Positions 39,952-49,418 of a stretch of DNA of 64,000 nt are shown one piece after another (position 1 is the first letter of the stretch; each line of letters opens with the position of its first letter). The position numbers and the translations under genes were made by a program. Source of the DNA: a bacterium (GTDB lineage Bacteria > UBA8248); NCBI GenBank assembly GCA_965221165.1, contig CBDCRP010000003.1, positions 416,001 through 480,000 on the forward strand, read 5' to 3'. The notes under the pieces were generated by a model. That model was given only the letters and a program-made list of their open reading frames with translations. It made no database searches and had not been told where the DNA came from.

Positions 39952-41400
39952 ATGTCTCACTGGATAGATGACCACCCGAAAGAAGAATGCGGCGTATTCG
40001 GGATATACGGCCACCCCGAGGCGGCCAACATGGCGTATCTCGGTCTCTACTCCCTTCAGCACAGAGGACAGGAAAGCGCGGGCATCGTGGCCTCCGACGG
40101 GGACAGGGTGCACAGCGAGGTCGGCATGGGGCTCGTGGCCGATGTTTTCACCGAAGAGCGCATCTCCAAACTCCAGGGCAGCATCGCCATCGGGCACAAC
40201 CGCTATTCCACCTCAGGGCAATCCGACATCAAAAACGCCCAACCGTTTTTGGTGAACTATGCCAAGGGGACGCTCGCCCTGGGCCACAACGGGAACCTCG
40301 TGAACGGCGGCGCCCTGCGTGAGGAACTGGAATCCAACGGCTCCATATTCCGCAGCACGACGGACAGCGAGGTCATCTTACACCTCATCGCCCGCTCCGC
40401 GGAAAAAACCACCGAGGGCGCCATCGTAGAAGCCCTCCGGCGACTGGAGGGCGCCTTTACGCTCACGATGATGACCGAAGACATGCTGATTGGGATTCGA
40501 GACCCCCTGGGCTTTCGCCCTCTGGTTTTAGGAAAACTCCCCGCTGGAGAAGCCGGGAGCGATTCCTGGGTTCTCACGAGCGAGACGTGCGCGCTCGACC
40601 TGATTGACGCCGAATATATCCGCGAAGTGGAACCCGGCGAGATGGTCATAATCGATCAGGACGGATTAAGAAGCATCACCTATTCTCCACCTGCCGATAT
40701 TCGGCAATGTATTTTTGAGTTCATCTATTTCGCCCGTCCGGACAGCCTCATTTTCGGGAAAACCGCCTACGCCGTCAGAAAAAAACTGGGGGCTCGCCTC
40801 GCCGAGGAAGACAACGTGGAGGCGGACATCGTCACCCCCGTTCCGGACTCCGGCCTCTCCGCCGCACTCGGGTACGCGGACGCCTCGGGCCTGCCTCTGG
40901 AGTGGGGCCTGATACGCAACCACTACGTGGGCCGCACGTTCATCGAACCGGAACAGTCCATTCGGCATTTCGGCGTCAAGCTGAAACTGAATCCCATGAA
41001 AGAGTTCCTGGCCGACAAACGGGTCGTCGTGGTCGATGATTCCCTCGTCCGGGGCACGACGAGCAAAAAAATCGTCGAGCTCATCCGGCGGGCGGGCGCA
41101 AAAGAAGTGCACATGCGCATCAGTTCCCCTCCCATTACCCACCCGTGTTTTTTCGGCATCGATATGCCTACCCTCGCGGAACTCAAGGCATCTTCGAACA
41201 GCGTCGAGGAAATCAGGCAATTCCTGGGCGCGGATACTCTTCGCTATTTATCCCTGGAGGGCCTGCTCGGTTGCGCTCACCCGGATGAAGAGGCGTTTTG
41301 CACGGCTTGTTTTTCGGGCAACTATCCGATTTCCATCGAGCAGAACGATTACCAGCTCTCTCTTTTCCGGGATTCCCGCACATCCGAGCACCGCGCATGA
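39952..41400 (+). CDS. purF: Amidophosphoribosyltransferase
   Basis: EE-CGVFG, QHRGQE, HNGN, DDSLVRGTT, CTACF. Confidence 0.97.
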   Translation: MSHWIDDHPKEECGVFGIYGHPEAANMAYLGLYSLQHRGQESAGIVASDGDRVHSEVGMGLVADVFTEERISKLQGSIAIGHNRYSTSGQSDIKNAQPFLVNYAKGTLALGHNGNLVNGGALREELESNGSIFRSTTDSEVILHLIARSAEKTTEGAIVEALRRLEGAFTLTMMTEDMLIGIRDPLGFRPLVLGKLPAGEAGSDSWVLTSETCALDLIDAEYIREVEPGEMVIIDQDGLRSITYSPPADIRQCIFEFIYFARPDSLIFGKTAYAVRKKLGARLAEEDNVEADIVTPVPDSGLSAALGYADASGLPLEWGLIRNHYVGRTFIEPEQSIRHFGVKLKLNPMKEFLADKRVVVVDDSLVRGTTSKKIVELIRRAGAKEVHMRISSPPITHPCFFGIDMPTLAELKASSNSVEEIRQFLGADTLRYLSLEGLLGCAHPDEEAFCTACFSGNYPISIEQNDYQLSLFRDSRTSEHRA

Positions 41401-41504
41401 TTCATTTGACCAGGCACATCGGGGATTGTTATTCTTTATAAGGCTCAACGTTTGTTCCGTAGAAATGTTCCGAGAGAATAACCTGAAATTGGAGAGAAAG
41501 TATC

Positions 41505-43253
41505 TTGTTTATAAATCGAAGATGTTTTCTCTTCGCGTTCATATTCGCGGCAGGCTGCAGCACAACGCCTGTCGTTCAGAATGAAATTCTGCCGACGAAA
41601 TTCCCGGGCGACGCCTCCACCGAGACGCGCGCCCACGCCGCCCCCCGAAAAACAGTTCTACTCTCTCCCCCGGCTCCGAAACGCACACTACCCGAACCAC
41701 CCGAAGCCGGCCGGAAAGAATCGCCGGGCGCCCCGGCGTCCATACGCCCAAAAGACGACGGCGCGGATAAAATCGCCAAGCGGACAGATCCCGCGGACGC
41801 AAAGGATGAGAAGGCGGACAAAGACTCCGAGCCCTCTCCTCACGACATCAGCCTGCCGATGCCCGAGATCGAAGAAAGCTTCCCGGCTCCACCGACACCG
41901 GAAACCAAGAAGCCCAAGGCTTTTTTGTATGACGTACCCGTCGTTCGCAACGCCATCGTGGACAGGTGGATTGAGTATTTTACGGGTCCCGGACGCGCCA
42001 ATTTCTCCATCTGGCTGAGCAGAGGCGGGCGCTATATCACCTTGTTCCGCGAAATTCTAAAAGAACACGGCCTGCCACAGGACCTGGCGTATCTTTCCCT
42101 GATCGAAAGCGGCTTCAACCCCAAGGCGCGCTCGAGAGCCGGCGCGGTCGGCCCCTGGCAGTTCATGCCGGGCACGGCGAGACTCATGGGCCTGAAAATC
42201 AATTATTATCTCGATGAGCGCCGCCACCCGATGAAATCCACCCGCGCGGCTTCAACCTATTTAACGAAACTCCACAAGGAATTCGGCGACTGGAATCTGG
42301 CGCTCGCCGCATACAACGCGGGCGAGCACCGCATCGCCAGGGCCATGCGCAGATCGAGGAAAAAAGATTACTGGTCGCTCGCCAGAACGAGATACATACC
42401 CAACGAAACCCGCAATTATGTAGCCAAATACCTCGCCGGGATGATAATCGCCAAAAACCCGGAAGTTTTCGGCTTCGTGGGCATCGATTATGAAATCCCC
42501 TGGAATTATAAAGCCGTCAAACTCCCTCACGGAACCAGCCTGAGAGCGATTTCCAGACTATCGAGCGTCTCTCTGCGCACGTTGAGGCAAATTAATGCGG
42601 AGCTGAGGACTTCCGTCACGCCCCCGGGCAATGGATATCTTCTTTTTCTGCCGAATGGACAGGCCGACAAGCTCGTCATGCAAATGGCGAAACTGACCGA
42701 AAATTATCTCTCATCTCCCGGCTTTTACCATATACGGCCGGGCGACACTTTCGGCGAGATCGCGCAAAGATTCGGGATTCGCCTGAACAGGCTGTTGGAG
42801 ATGAACACCCATCTCCATCCCAGAAAACTTCGGGTGGGCGCCAAAATCCTTTTGCCCAAACCGATAAACGGCCCGAATGCGGCGCAGGCGAAAAGCAACG
42901 GCGAGATGCCGGAACTGCATGTCGTGCGGCGAGGGGAAAGCTTTTGGCTAATCGCCCGAAAATACAACACCTCCACCCGGAAATTGATGCGTCTCAATGC
43001 CCGGCTCAATCCGAAGCGCCTGCGCATCGGCATGCAAATTCGCCTCCCGTCGAAAAAGCGCCTCGCAGAAGCCGAGAAAATCAAGAAAAAAGAAAATCGA
43101 GACGGGCCATTGCACCACCTCGTCGGCCCGGGAGAGAACATCTGGCTCATCGCCAAGCGATACGGAGTTTCAACAAAATCTCTTCTGGCCTGGAACCAAC
43201 TGAGCGCATCGGCCAAGATTTTTCCCGGAAACAAGCTCATCGTTCGCCGCTAG
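41505..43253 (+). CDS. mltD: Lipoprotein lytic transglycosylase with three LysM domains (MltD-like)
   Basis: Lipobox AAGC; IES, GPWQFM, AYNAG; LysM starts IRPGDT, VRRGES, VGPGEN. Confidence 0.88.
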   Translation: MFINRRCFLFAFIFAAGCSTTPVVQNEILPTKFPGDASTETRAHAAPRKTVLLSPPAPKRTLPEPPEAGRKESPGAPASIRPKDDGADKIAKRTDPADAKDEKADKDSEPSPHDISLPMPEIEESFPAPPTPETKKPKAFLYDVPVVRNAIVDRWIEYFTGPGRANFSIWLSRGGRYITLFREILKEHGLPQDLAYLSLIESGFNPKARSRAGAVGPWQFMPGTARLMGLKINYYLDERRHPMKSTRAASTYLTKLHKEFGDWNLALAAYNAGEHRIARAMRRSRKKDYWSLARTRYIPNETRNYVAKYLAGMIIAKNPEVFGFVGIDYEIPWNYKAVKLPHGTSLRAISRLSSVSLRTLRQINAELRTSVTPPGNGYLLFLPNGQADKLVMQMAKLTENYLSSPGFYHIRPGDTFGEIAQRFGIRLNRLLEMNTHLHPRKLRVGAKILLPKPINGPNAAQAKSNGEMPELHVVRRGESFWLIARKYNTSTRKLMRLNARLNPKRLRIGMQIRLPSKKRLAEAEKIKKKENRDGPLHHLVGPGENIWLIAKRYGVSTKSLLAWNQLSASAKIFPGNKLIVRR

Positions 43254-43266
43254 AATCAAAGGATTC

Positions 43267-43296
43267 TTGACACCTGCTTTCATGCTCTCCTAAGAT
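43267..43296 (+). promoter_or_regulatory. Candidate sigma70 promoter for bamD
   Basis: TTGACA-N18-TAAGAT. Confidence 0.35.
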
Positions 43297-43351
43297 TTAG
43301 GTTGAACACGGGGATGCACGGCGATATTTCCTTTTTCGAATAGAGAATAAT

Positions 43352-44128
43352 ATGCCCAACCGCGCCAGAGACCACGTCGTACTCGTTTTTTTCTGTTTGG
43401 CTTGTTTGCTCCTCGTCCTGAGCGCTTGCGCCGTCTCGCGTCCCAAGCAGCAGACCTCGCCCGGTGAATTGCTGGTCATCGGCGAGGAGGACCTGCGAGC
43501 CGAGCGCTTCGAGGCGGCGCGCCTTGCATTCAAGCGCCTGCTGGATGAGTACCCCGACAGCAAACACCGGCGAACTGCACTCTTGCGCCTCGCGGATTCA
43601 TACTACCATGGGGAAGAGTACATCGAATCGAAGTTGCAATACTCCGAATACGTGCGCTTTTATCCTGTGAGCGCCGGAACCCCGAAAGCGTATTATTTCC
43701 TCGCCATGAGCGATTATCGGCGAAACCTGGAAATCGATCAGGATGCAACCGTTGCGAGGGATGCGCTCAGGAATTTTCAAACCCTCATACGTCGTTTCCC
43801 TGGTTCGGAGTACACCGCCGATGCGAAACGGAAGATATTGGAGTTGAGAGAACACCTCGCCAAAAACGCCCTATTCATCGCAAATTTTTACTTCCGAACA
43901 CACCTGCGCGTCTCCGCGATTCCGCGCTATAAAGAAATTATTCAAGATTTCAAAGATGTCTCCCACGTTCGCGCCGAAGCCATGTACAAGTTGGGGGAAA
44001 GCTACAGGATAGAGCAGAGTTTCAAGAAAGCGGGAGAGGCCTATCGTTCACTTCTGGAGTCGTATCCCGATAATCGGTTTGCCCCACCGGCATACGACAG
44101 GCTCCTCGCGCTCACGGGCAAGAAATGA
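43352..44128 (+). CDS. bamD: Outer membrane protein assembly factor BamD
   Basis: Lipobox LSAC; TPRs; DQD...LIRRFPGSEY...IANFY. Confidence 0.88.
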   Translation: MPNRARDHVVLVFFCLACLLLVLSACAVSRPKQQTSPGELLVIGEEDLRAERFEAARLAFKRLLDEYPDSKHRRTALLRLADSYYHGEEYIESKLQYSEYVRFYPVSAGTPKAYYFLAMSDYRRNLEIDQDATVARDALRNFQTLIRRFPGSEYTADAKRKILELREHLAKNALFIANFYFRTHLRVSAIPRYKEIIQDFKDVSHVRAEAMYKLGESYRIEQSFKKAGEAYRSLLESYPDNRFAPPAYDRLLALTGKK

Positions 44129-44179
44129 TTTCCCGAACCATTTCTCCAAACGATCCGGCCGCATGCGGGTAAACTTTAG

Positions 44180-45169
44180 ATGACTGAGCCGAACGAAGGC
44201 GGGTCCGAAGACAGAAATGTACCTGCCGGGCACGGCGATGTTCCCGAGACGAAAGAAACGGATTCCTCTCCTGTAAACGAAACAGACGATGCGCCCGCAT
44301 TTTCCGATTCGTCGGGCGGTTCTGACGAGCGCGCATCCGATTCCGCCTCCATGGATACATTATCCCTCTATATGAGGGGCATCGGCGCCCACCCCATTCT
44401 CACACGCGAAGAAGAGCACGCGCTCGCCCTTTCGGCGAAAGACGGGGATGAGAAGGCGTTCAACAAACTCGTTCGCTCGAATTTAAGGTACGTCGTCAGC
44501 GTGGCAAAGCGATACAAAAGCCTCGGTCTTTCACTGGAGGATTTGATAAATGAGGGCAACATCGGGCTGATCAACGCAATCAAGCGCTTCGAACCGGAAC
44601 GCGGCGTGAAACTCATCACCTACGCCGTATGGTGGATTCGCCAAAGCATCATGCACGCGCTGGCCGATCAGAGGAGCACCGTCCGCCTTCCCGTTAAACA
44701 GGCCGGCCTTCTGCATAAAATCTCCATCACGTACGAAAAACTCCGCCAGGAGTTCAAGCGTGAACCAACCACTTCCGAACTGTCCGAACGATTGGAAATG
44801 AAAGTAGCGGACATCGAGAAACTCGTCCGCGCCAACCGGAACTATCTTTCCCTCGACGCCACAATCTCCCCCGACGATGACACCAGCTATCTCGATTTGC
44901 TCGAAGAGCAAAGCGCCGTATCCGTGGAAGAAAACGTGGTGCAGCACTCTCTCGAAGAGGAGGTGGAGGACCTGCTCGCGGAACTCGACCCCCGGGAGCG
45001 CGACATCATTCGCATGCGCTATGGCTTTGATGGAGAAGCCATGACGCTCGAGGAAATCGGACACAAACTCGGCCTATCGCGCGAAAGGATCAGGCAGATA
45101 GAAAAAAAAGTGATCAACCGCTTTCGCGCCCATGCCAACAACCAGACGCTGCATGATTTTTTGAGTTGA
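44180..45169 (+). CDS. Alternative sigma70-family factor lacking region 1.1 (RpoS/SigB-like)
   Basis: NLRYVVSVAKRY, DLINEGNIGL, TYAVWWIRQ, TLEEIG..SRERIRQIE. Confidence 0.9.
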   Translation: MTEPNEGGSEDRNVPAGHGDVPETKETDSSPVNETDDAPAFSDSSGGSDERASDSASMDTLSLYMRGIGAHPILTREEEHALALSAKDGDEKAFNKLVRSNLRYVVSVAKRYKSLGLSLEDLINEGNIGLINAIKRFEPERGVKLITYAVWWIRQSIMHALADQRSTVRLPVKQAGLLHKISITYEKLRQEFKREPTTSELSERLEMKVADIEKLVRANRNYLSLDATISPDDDTSYLDLLEEQSAVSVEENVVQHSLEEEVEDLLAELDPRERDIIRMRYGFDGEAMTLEEIGHKLGLSRERIRQIEKKVINRFRAHANNQTLHDFLS

Positions 45170-45780
45170 CCATGTCCAAAGCGAAACCAGAAGACCCGGG
45201 CCCTCCTCCCGCAGGCTGGCGCGAGGCCACCTCGCGCCTCATCGCGAGCGGAACCGGAAAAAAATTTACGCTCGCCAACAGCCTCACTTTCGCCCGCATC
45301 CTTATGGTTCCATTGCTCGTCATGTTTCTACTCGAGGGCTCGCCCCCCGCACAATACTTCGCGGCCGGCTTGTTCATCATGGCCGCCTTCACGGACTGGC
45401 TCGACGGCCACCTGGCCAGAACACGCGACCAGATTACCCCATTGGGCGAGATTCTCGACCCCGTGGCCGACAAACTGCTCATACTCGCCGCCTTGATACC
45501 CCTGGTCTCGCTGGACAGAGTGGACGCCTGGGTCGTGGGAATACTTTTGGGCCGGGAGCTTTTGGTGACGGCCATTCGGGCAGTGGCCATGCGTCAAGGC
45601 CTGGTGGTGCCTGCAGGCTTTCTCGGCAAAATCAAGATGGGCCTGGAAGTCGCGGCCATTTTTTTCCTCATCCTGGGCTTGTTCCCGCCCCTGGGCACCA
45701 TTTTGATTTGGGCCGCCATGATAGCGGCGGTGATCTCGGCGGTTGACTATTTCCGGCAAATCATCCAGGCCGTCTCTTGA
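45166..45780 (+). CDS. pgsA: CDP-diacylglycerol--glycerol-3-phosphate 3-phosphatidyltransferase
   Basis: NSLTFAR, DWLDGHLAR, DPVADK, GRE, GKIK. Confidence 0.92.
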   Translation: MTMSKAKPEDPGPPPAGWREATSRLIASGTGKKFTLANSLTFARILMVPLLVMFLLEGSPPAQYFAAGLFIMAAFTDWLDGHLARTRDQITPLGEILDPVADKLLILAALIPLVSLDRVDAWVVGILLGRELLVTAIRAVAMRQGLVVPAGFLGKIKMGLEVAAIFFLILGLFPPLGTILIWAAMIAAVISAVDYFRQIIQAVS

Positions 45781-46385
45781 TTCCCGCACTCTTGCTCGTC
45801 ATCCTGGTCGGCGGGTTTCTGGGCGCCGTTCCCTTCGGCGTGGTGATCACCCGATTGCTCGGCGCCGATGACCCGCGAAAATCAGGAAGCGGCAACATCG
45901 GCGCAACGAACGTCTTGCGGACGAGCGGATGGAAAAGCGGAATACTCACCCTGCTGCTGGATGTTCTCAAAGGCGTCGCGGCCATTCTTTTCGCTCGCTA
46001 TGTGGCCTCGCGCATCGCCTCTCCGGACCTGGAACCCGTCGCCGCTCTCGCGGCGGTGCTCGGTCACATGTATTCGCCGTTCACGGGGTTTCGCGGGGGC
46101 AAAGGCGTGGCCACCGGACTGGGAGTTTTCGCCCTCTTGACGCCGGGACCAACGGTTCTCGCCGCGCTCGTCTTCATCCTCGTCGTGGCCGCGACGCGAT
46201 ACGTCTCTCTCGGCTCCATCCTCGCCGCGGCGACGGTGCCGCTCGCAGGCTTTTGGATGAACTACCCCGAAGCGGTATACACCGTATCCGGCCTGATCTC
46301 CTTGTTCGTGATCTGGAAACATCAGGACAACATCGGACGATTGATGCGCGGGGAGGAGAATCGCATCGGAGGGAAAAAAGAGTGA
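45777..46385 (+). CDS. plsY: Glycerol-3-phosphate acyltransferase PlsY
   Basis: GSGNIGATN, GGKGVAT, KHQDNI. Confidence 0.94.
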   Translation: MIPALLLVILVGGFLGAVPFGVVITRLLGADDPRKSGSGNIGATNVLRTSGWKSGILTLLLDVLKGVAAILFARYVASRIASPDLEPVAALAAVLGHMYSPFTGFRGGKGVATGLGVFALLTPGPTVLAALVFILVVAATRYVSLGSILAAATVPLAGFWMNYPEAVYTVSGLISLFVIWKHQDNIGRLMRGEENRIGGKKE

Positions 46386-46455
46386 GGCTTCCTTGAAGAC
46401 GACGGGACATCCGATAACCGCGAATCATCAGCGTTCTTGAATTATTGGAGAAAAA

Positions 46456-46821
46456 ATGCTCACGGGTTGTTCCCCGGTTTTTCTTCTCGTCATCCTGGGC
46501 GTGGGAATCGGGAGCTGGATGTTTGGAGAGCACACCGCCGCCCGAATCACGGGGCTTCTGGCGATAACCGTCTTTCTCGCCTACTTCGCCCTCTTGAACT
46601 GGACGGCGCAAAACCGCCAAAAACAAGAAACCGGCGCCGCGCAGGAGAAGGATTTGTATCAGGAAATCACCGGCCCGCACGACGAGGGGACGCGCAGGGA
46701 GCGATTCACCGAAGACGACAAGGCGGAATGGCAAACCTATCTCAAAACAGAGGGGAAGATTCTCTGGTTCGGCGTGGCGGGACTTCTTCTGGCGCTGCTT
46801 TACATGACGCTGAAAAACTGA
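46456..46821 (+). CDS. Hypothetical membrane protein (3 hydrophobic segments)
   Basis: GGAG RBS; hydrophobic segments around a charged loop. Confidence 0.55.
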   Translation: MLTGCSPVFLLVILGVGIGSWMFGEHTAARITGLLAITVFLAYFALLNWTAQNRQKQETGAAQEKDLYQEITGPHDEGTRRERFTEDDKAEWQTYLKTEGKILWFGVAGLLLALLYMTLKN

Positions 46822-46853
46822 ATTCCCGATCCACGTGAATACATCATGAAATT

Positions 46854-47960
46854 CTATCCGAAAAACCGGATCACGCTATCCGCCACGATATCGAGGTCGG
46901 CATCCGGCAATTCGGGATAGACGGGAAGCGACAAAACCCGGGCCGCCACGGCCTCGCTCTCCGGAAAGTCTCCTTTTTGATACCCATCGAAGCAGGGATG
47001 CAGATGCAGGGGAGTGGGATAATACACGGCGCAACCAATGCCGTTTCGCAATAAATGTTCTTTCAAAGCGTCCCGCTCGGGCGTGCGAACCACGTATTGG
47101 TGAAACACATGTCCCTCGCCCGGAATCGAGGGAGGTGTGAGGCGCTCCCCGATGATGCCGCCGGCCTCGAATCTTTCCTGGTATTTCCGCGCGTTTTGGC
47201 GCCTCTTTGCGTTCCACTCCTCCAAGCGCTTTAGTTTGAGGGACAAAACCGCCGCCTGCATCGTGTCCATCCTGAAATTTCCGCCTACCTCGGAATACCC
47301 GGAATTATCGAGCGAGCCGTGAACCCTGAGCCTGCGCACCCGCTCGGCCCGCGCGCCGTCTTTGGCCAGGACCATGCCGGCGTCGCCGAGCGCGCTCAGG
47401 TTTTTCGTGGGATAAAACGAGAGACAGCCCACATCCCCCATCGCCCCGGCCACGCCCAGATTCATCCGCGCGCCGACGGCCTGGGCGGCGTCTTCCACCA
47501 CGAAGAGCCGGTGGCGTTCGGCTATTTCGAGAATCTGCGCCATCTCGGCGCAGCGGCCGTACATATGAACGGGAATGATGCCTCTCGTAGCCGGCGTAAC
47601 GGCCTCTTCCACCCGCTCGGGCGCGAGATTGAAGCTATCGGGGTCGATATCCACGAAGGCGGGTCTGGCGCCCAGGCGATGGATGACGCCCGCAGTGGCG
47701 AAAAACGTGAACGCAGACGTTATGATTTCATCACCCGGCCGCACGTCGTTCGCCATGAGCGCCAACAGCAGGGCGTCCGTGCCCGAGGAGACGGCGACGG
47801 CGTGCCCGGCGCCGCAATAGGCCGCCATCCCGGACTCGAATGCGCCGATCTCCTCACCCATGACGAACCTTTGGTGGCCCATCACGTTTTCGATTGCCGC
47901 CGAAATCTCGGCTTTCAGCGGCCCGTTTTGTGCTTTCAAATCATAAAGAGGTATGCGCAT
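46854..47960 (-). CDS. DegT/DnrJ/EryC1/StrS family aminotransferase
   Basis: SSGTDAL, EDAAQA, SFYPTKNL. Confidence 0.92.
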   Translation of the reverse strand: MRIPLYDLKAQNGPLKAEISAAIENVMGHQRFVMGEEIGAFESGMAAYCGAGHAVAVSSGTDALLLALMANDVRPGDEIITSAFTFFATAGVIHRLGARPAFVDIDPDSFNLAPERVEEAVTPATRGIIPVHMYGRCAEMAQILEIAERHRLFVVEDAAQAVGARMNLGVAGAMGDVGCLSFYPTKNLSALGDAGMVLAKDGARAERVRRLRVHGSLDNSGYSEVGGNFRMDTMQAAVLSLKLKRLEEWNAKRRQNARKYQERFEAGGIIGERLTPPSIPGEGHVFHQYVVRTPERDALKEHLLRNGIGCAVYYPTPLHLHPCFDGYQKGDFPESEAVAARVLSLPVYPELPDADLDIVADSVIRFFG

Positions 47961-48253
47961 AAAGACTTTCCGGCCTTATCGGGCTTCCTATGGGGAAAAT
48001 TCAAATCGGTGCCGGAGCAAAAGCAAATTTACAATATAACCTATTGTATTTATTTATTTTATATTTTCAATCCCTCTCATTTTCCCGCGCCGGCTCACGC
48101 TCGCAACACGGGAATATACGGGGCCTATTCATACCCCAGCAACCCGCTTTTCGCAAGGCTCGGTTACCTGAGCGCGCACCGCTTGGCCGCAGGGGCCGCC
48201 TCGTCATTCCGGCCTCACGCCCGGCCGGGAAAGGAAGGTTTGCCGAGGAGGTT

Positions 48254-48524
48254 CTAGGGGCGATCCTTCCTCGGGACCGCCCCACGCATACATGCGGCCC
48301 ATGTATTGGGGGCGCGGGACGCATATATGCGTCCCCTACGCGCGATACCCCCCTCCTCGGTCGGGATTGATCCCCCGTATTCTCCCTGACGATATATGGT
48401 GCGGGCGGACACGCAGGTCTGTGGAGCGGCCCCGAGGAGGGAGGCCTGCGTCTTCATTCTTGTGGCGCAAAAGCGGGCGGACACAAAGGTCTGTGGGGCA
48501 GTCCCGAGGAGGGACTGCCACTAC
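48254..48524. repeat. Cluster of four GTAG-family REP-like palindromes
   Basis: GGGACGCATATATGCGTCCCCTAC (48316-48339); related inverted copy 48254-48300; two direct copies of GCGGGCGGACAC...GGTCTGTGG.GC.G.CCCGAGGAGGGA at 48401 and 48473. Confidence 0.65.
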
Positions 48525-48654
48525 GGAACAATCCACGACACTCCCGTGAGCGAAGAGAAAGGGTTCATCCGCGCATCTGCCCGCATTTGCCGTCATGGCG
48601 GGGGCCTGAGCGCGTGGCAAGATGGAGCGCACCGGGCGGTGTGATGGTGAATAA

Positions 48655-48714
48655 GTGAAAATATCTGGAAAAAAGGTGAAAAATAGCGAAAAAAGGTGAA
48701 AATATCTGAAAATT
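48655..48714 (+). repeat. Three imperfect 20-21 bp A-rich tandem repeats
   Basis: GTGAAAATATCTGGAAAAAAG / GTGAAAAATAGCGAAAAAAG / GTGAAAATATCTGAAAATT. Confidence 0.6.
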
Positions 48715-48891
48715 TAAATCGTTGATAAATAAGGGGTTTTCTGTCTTTTTCACCCCTGGGAGGCTAAGGGGGGGGGCTTTCGGGCCATGCGGTTTTTTTC
48801 AAACGTTTTCAGGAAAATCACACCTTCGAGAGAGGCATGCCATGTTCTTATATGCTTCGAGAAACCGCCAGGAACGAGCGAGGGGGTGTGA

Positions 48892-48978
48892 TGGTGCCGG
48901 AGGCCGGACTCGAACCGGCAAGGGGTTGCCCCCGGTGGATTTTGAGTCCACTGCGTCTACCAATTCCGCCACTCCGGC
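48892..48978 (-). tRNA. tRNA-Leu(CAA)
   Basis: GCCGGAGTGGCGGAATTGGTAGACGCAGTGGACT-CAA-AATCCAC...long variable arm...GGTTCGAGTCC...GGCACCA. Confidence 0.97.
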
Positions 48979-49053
48979 AGAAAGAGCGTGTAACTTAGCC
49001 TCTCCTCATACCTTCTGGCAAGATGCGTCTCGTATTTTTCCCATACGCGAGAT

Positions 49054-49332
49054 TCATCCATCATATTCCGCCCAGTTCGACGCAGAAACCTCCTGCGCTT
49101 CGACTCGCCAGGAGACGGAATCCTCGCACTCGGGGCACAAAACGATAAAGCGCCCCTCTGGTTCTTCTTCCATCTCGTCGCGGAACACCTTGAGGCAGTT
49201 GCGGCAATGCACACGGCCGCAGGCGGTACACGCATTGGGATGCGCATGCCGGAATCGCAAGCCGCATGCGGGGCATTCATGGGTTTCCACATCTTCCCCT
49301 TCATCTGCATCGCCGCGCAAACACGCTTTCAT
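49054..49332 (-). CDS. Small double zinc-finger protein (4 CxxC)
   Basis: CPAC, CTAC, CRNC, CPEC; real start may be the GTG of VETHE. Confidence 0.65.
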   Translation of the reverse strand: MKACLRGDADEGEDVETHECPACGLRFRHAHPNACTACGRVHCRNCLKVFRDEMEEEPEGRFIVLCPECEDSVSWRVEAQEVSASNWAEYDG

Positions 49333-49418
49333 GGCGGCGTTTTCTGATATTTGCTACATTTCGGTTGAACCCGAAACCATCAAACTCGCCTCGTCTTTTT
49401 TGGAAGGATGAATATATC

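Noticed and set aside
48401-48524. Two direct repeats 72 bp apart, considered as a CRISPR array
   Set aside because: Only two divergent ~46-bp copies, REP-like ends and no cas genes.
47990-48890. ORFs in the spacer before tRNA-Leu, including 48722..49411
   Set aside because: They overlap repeats or the tRNA, have no recognisable motifs and look like chance frames.
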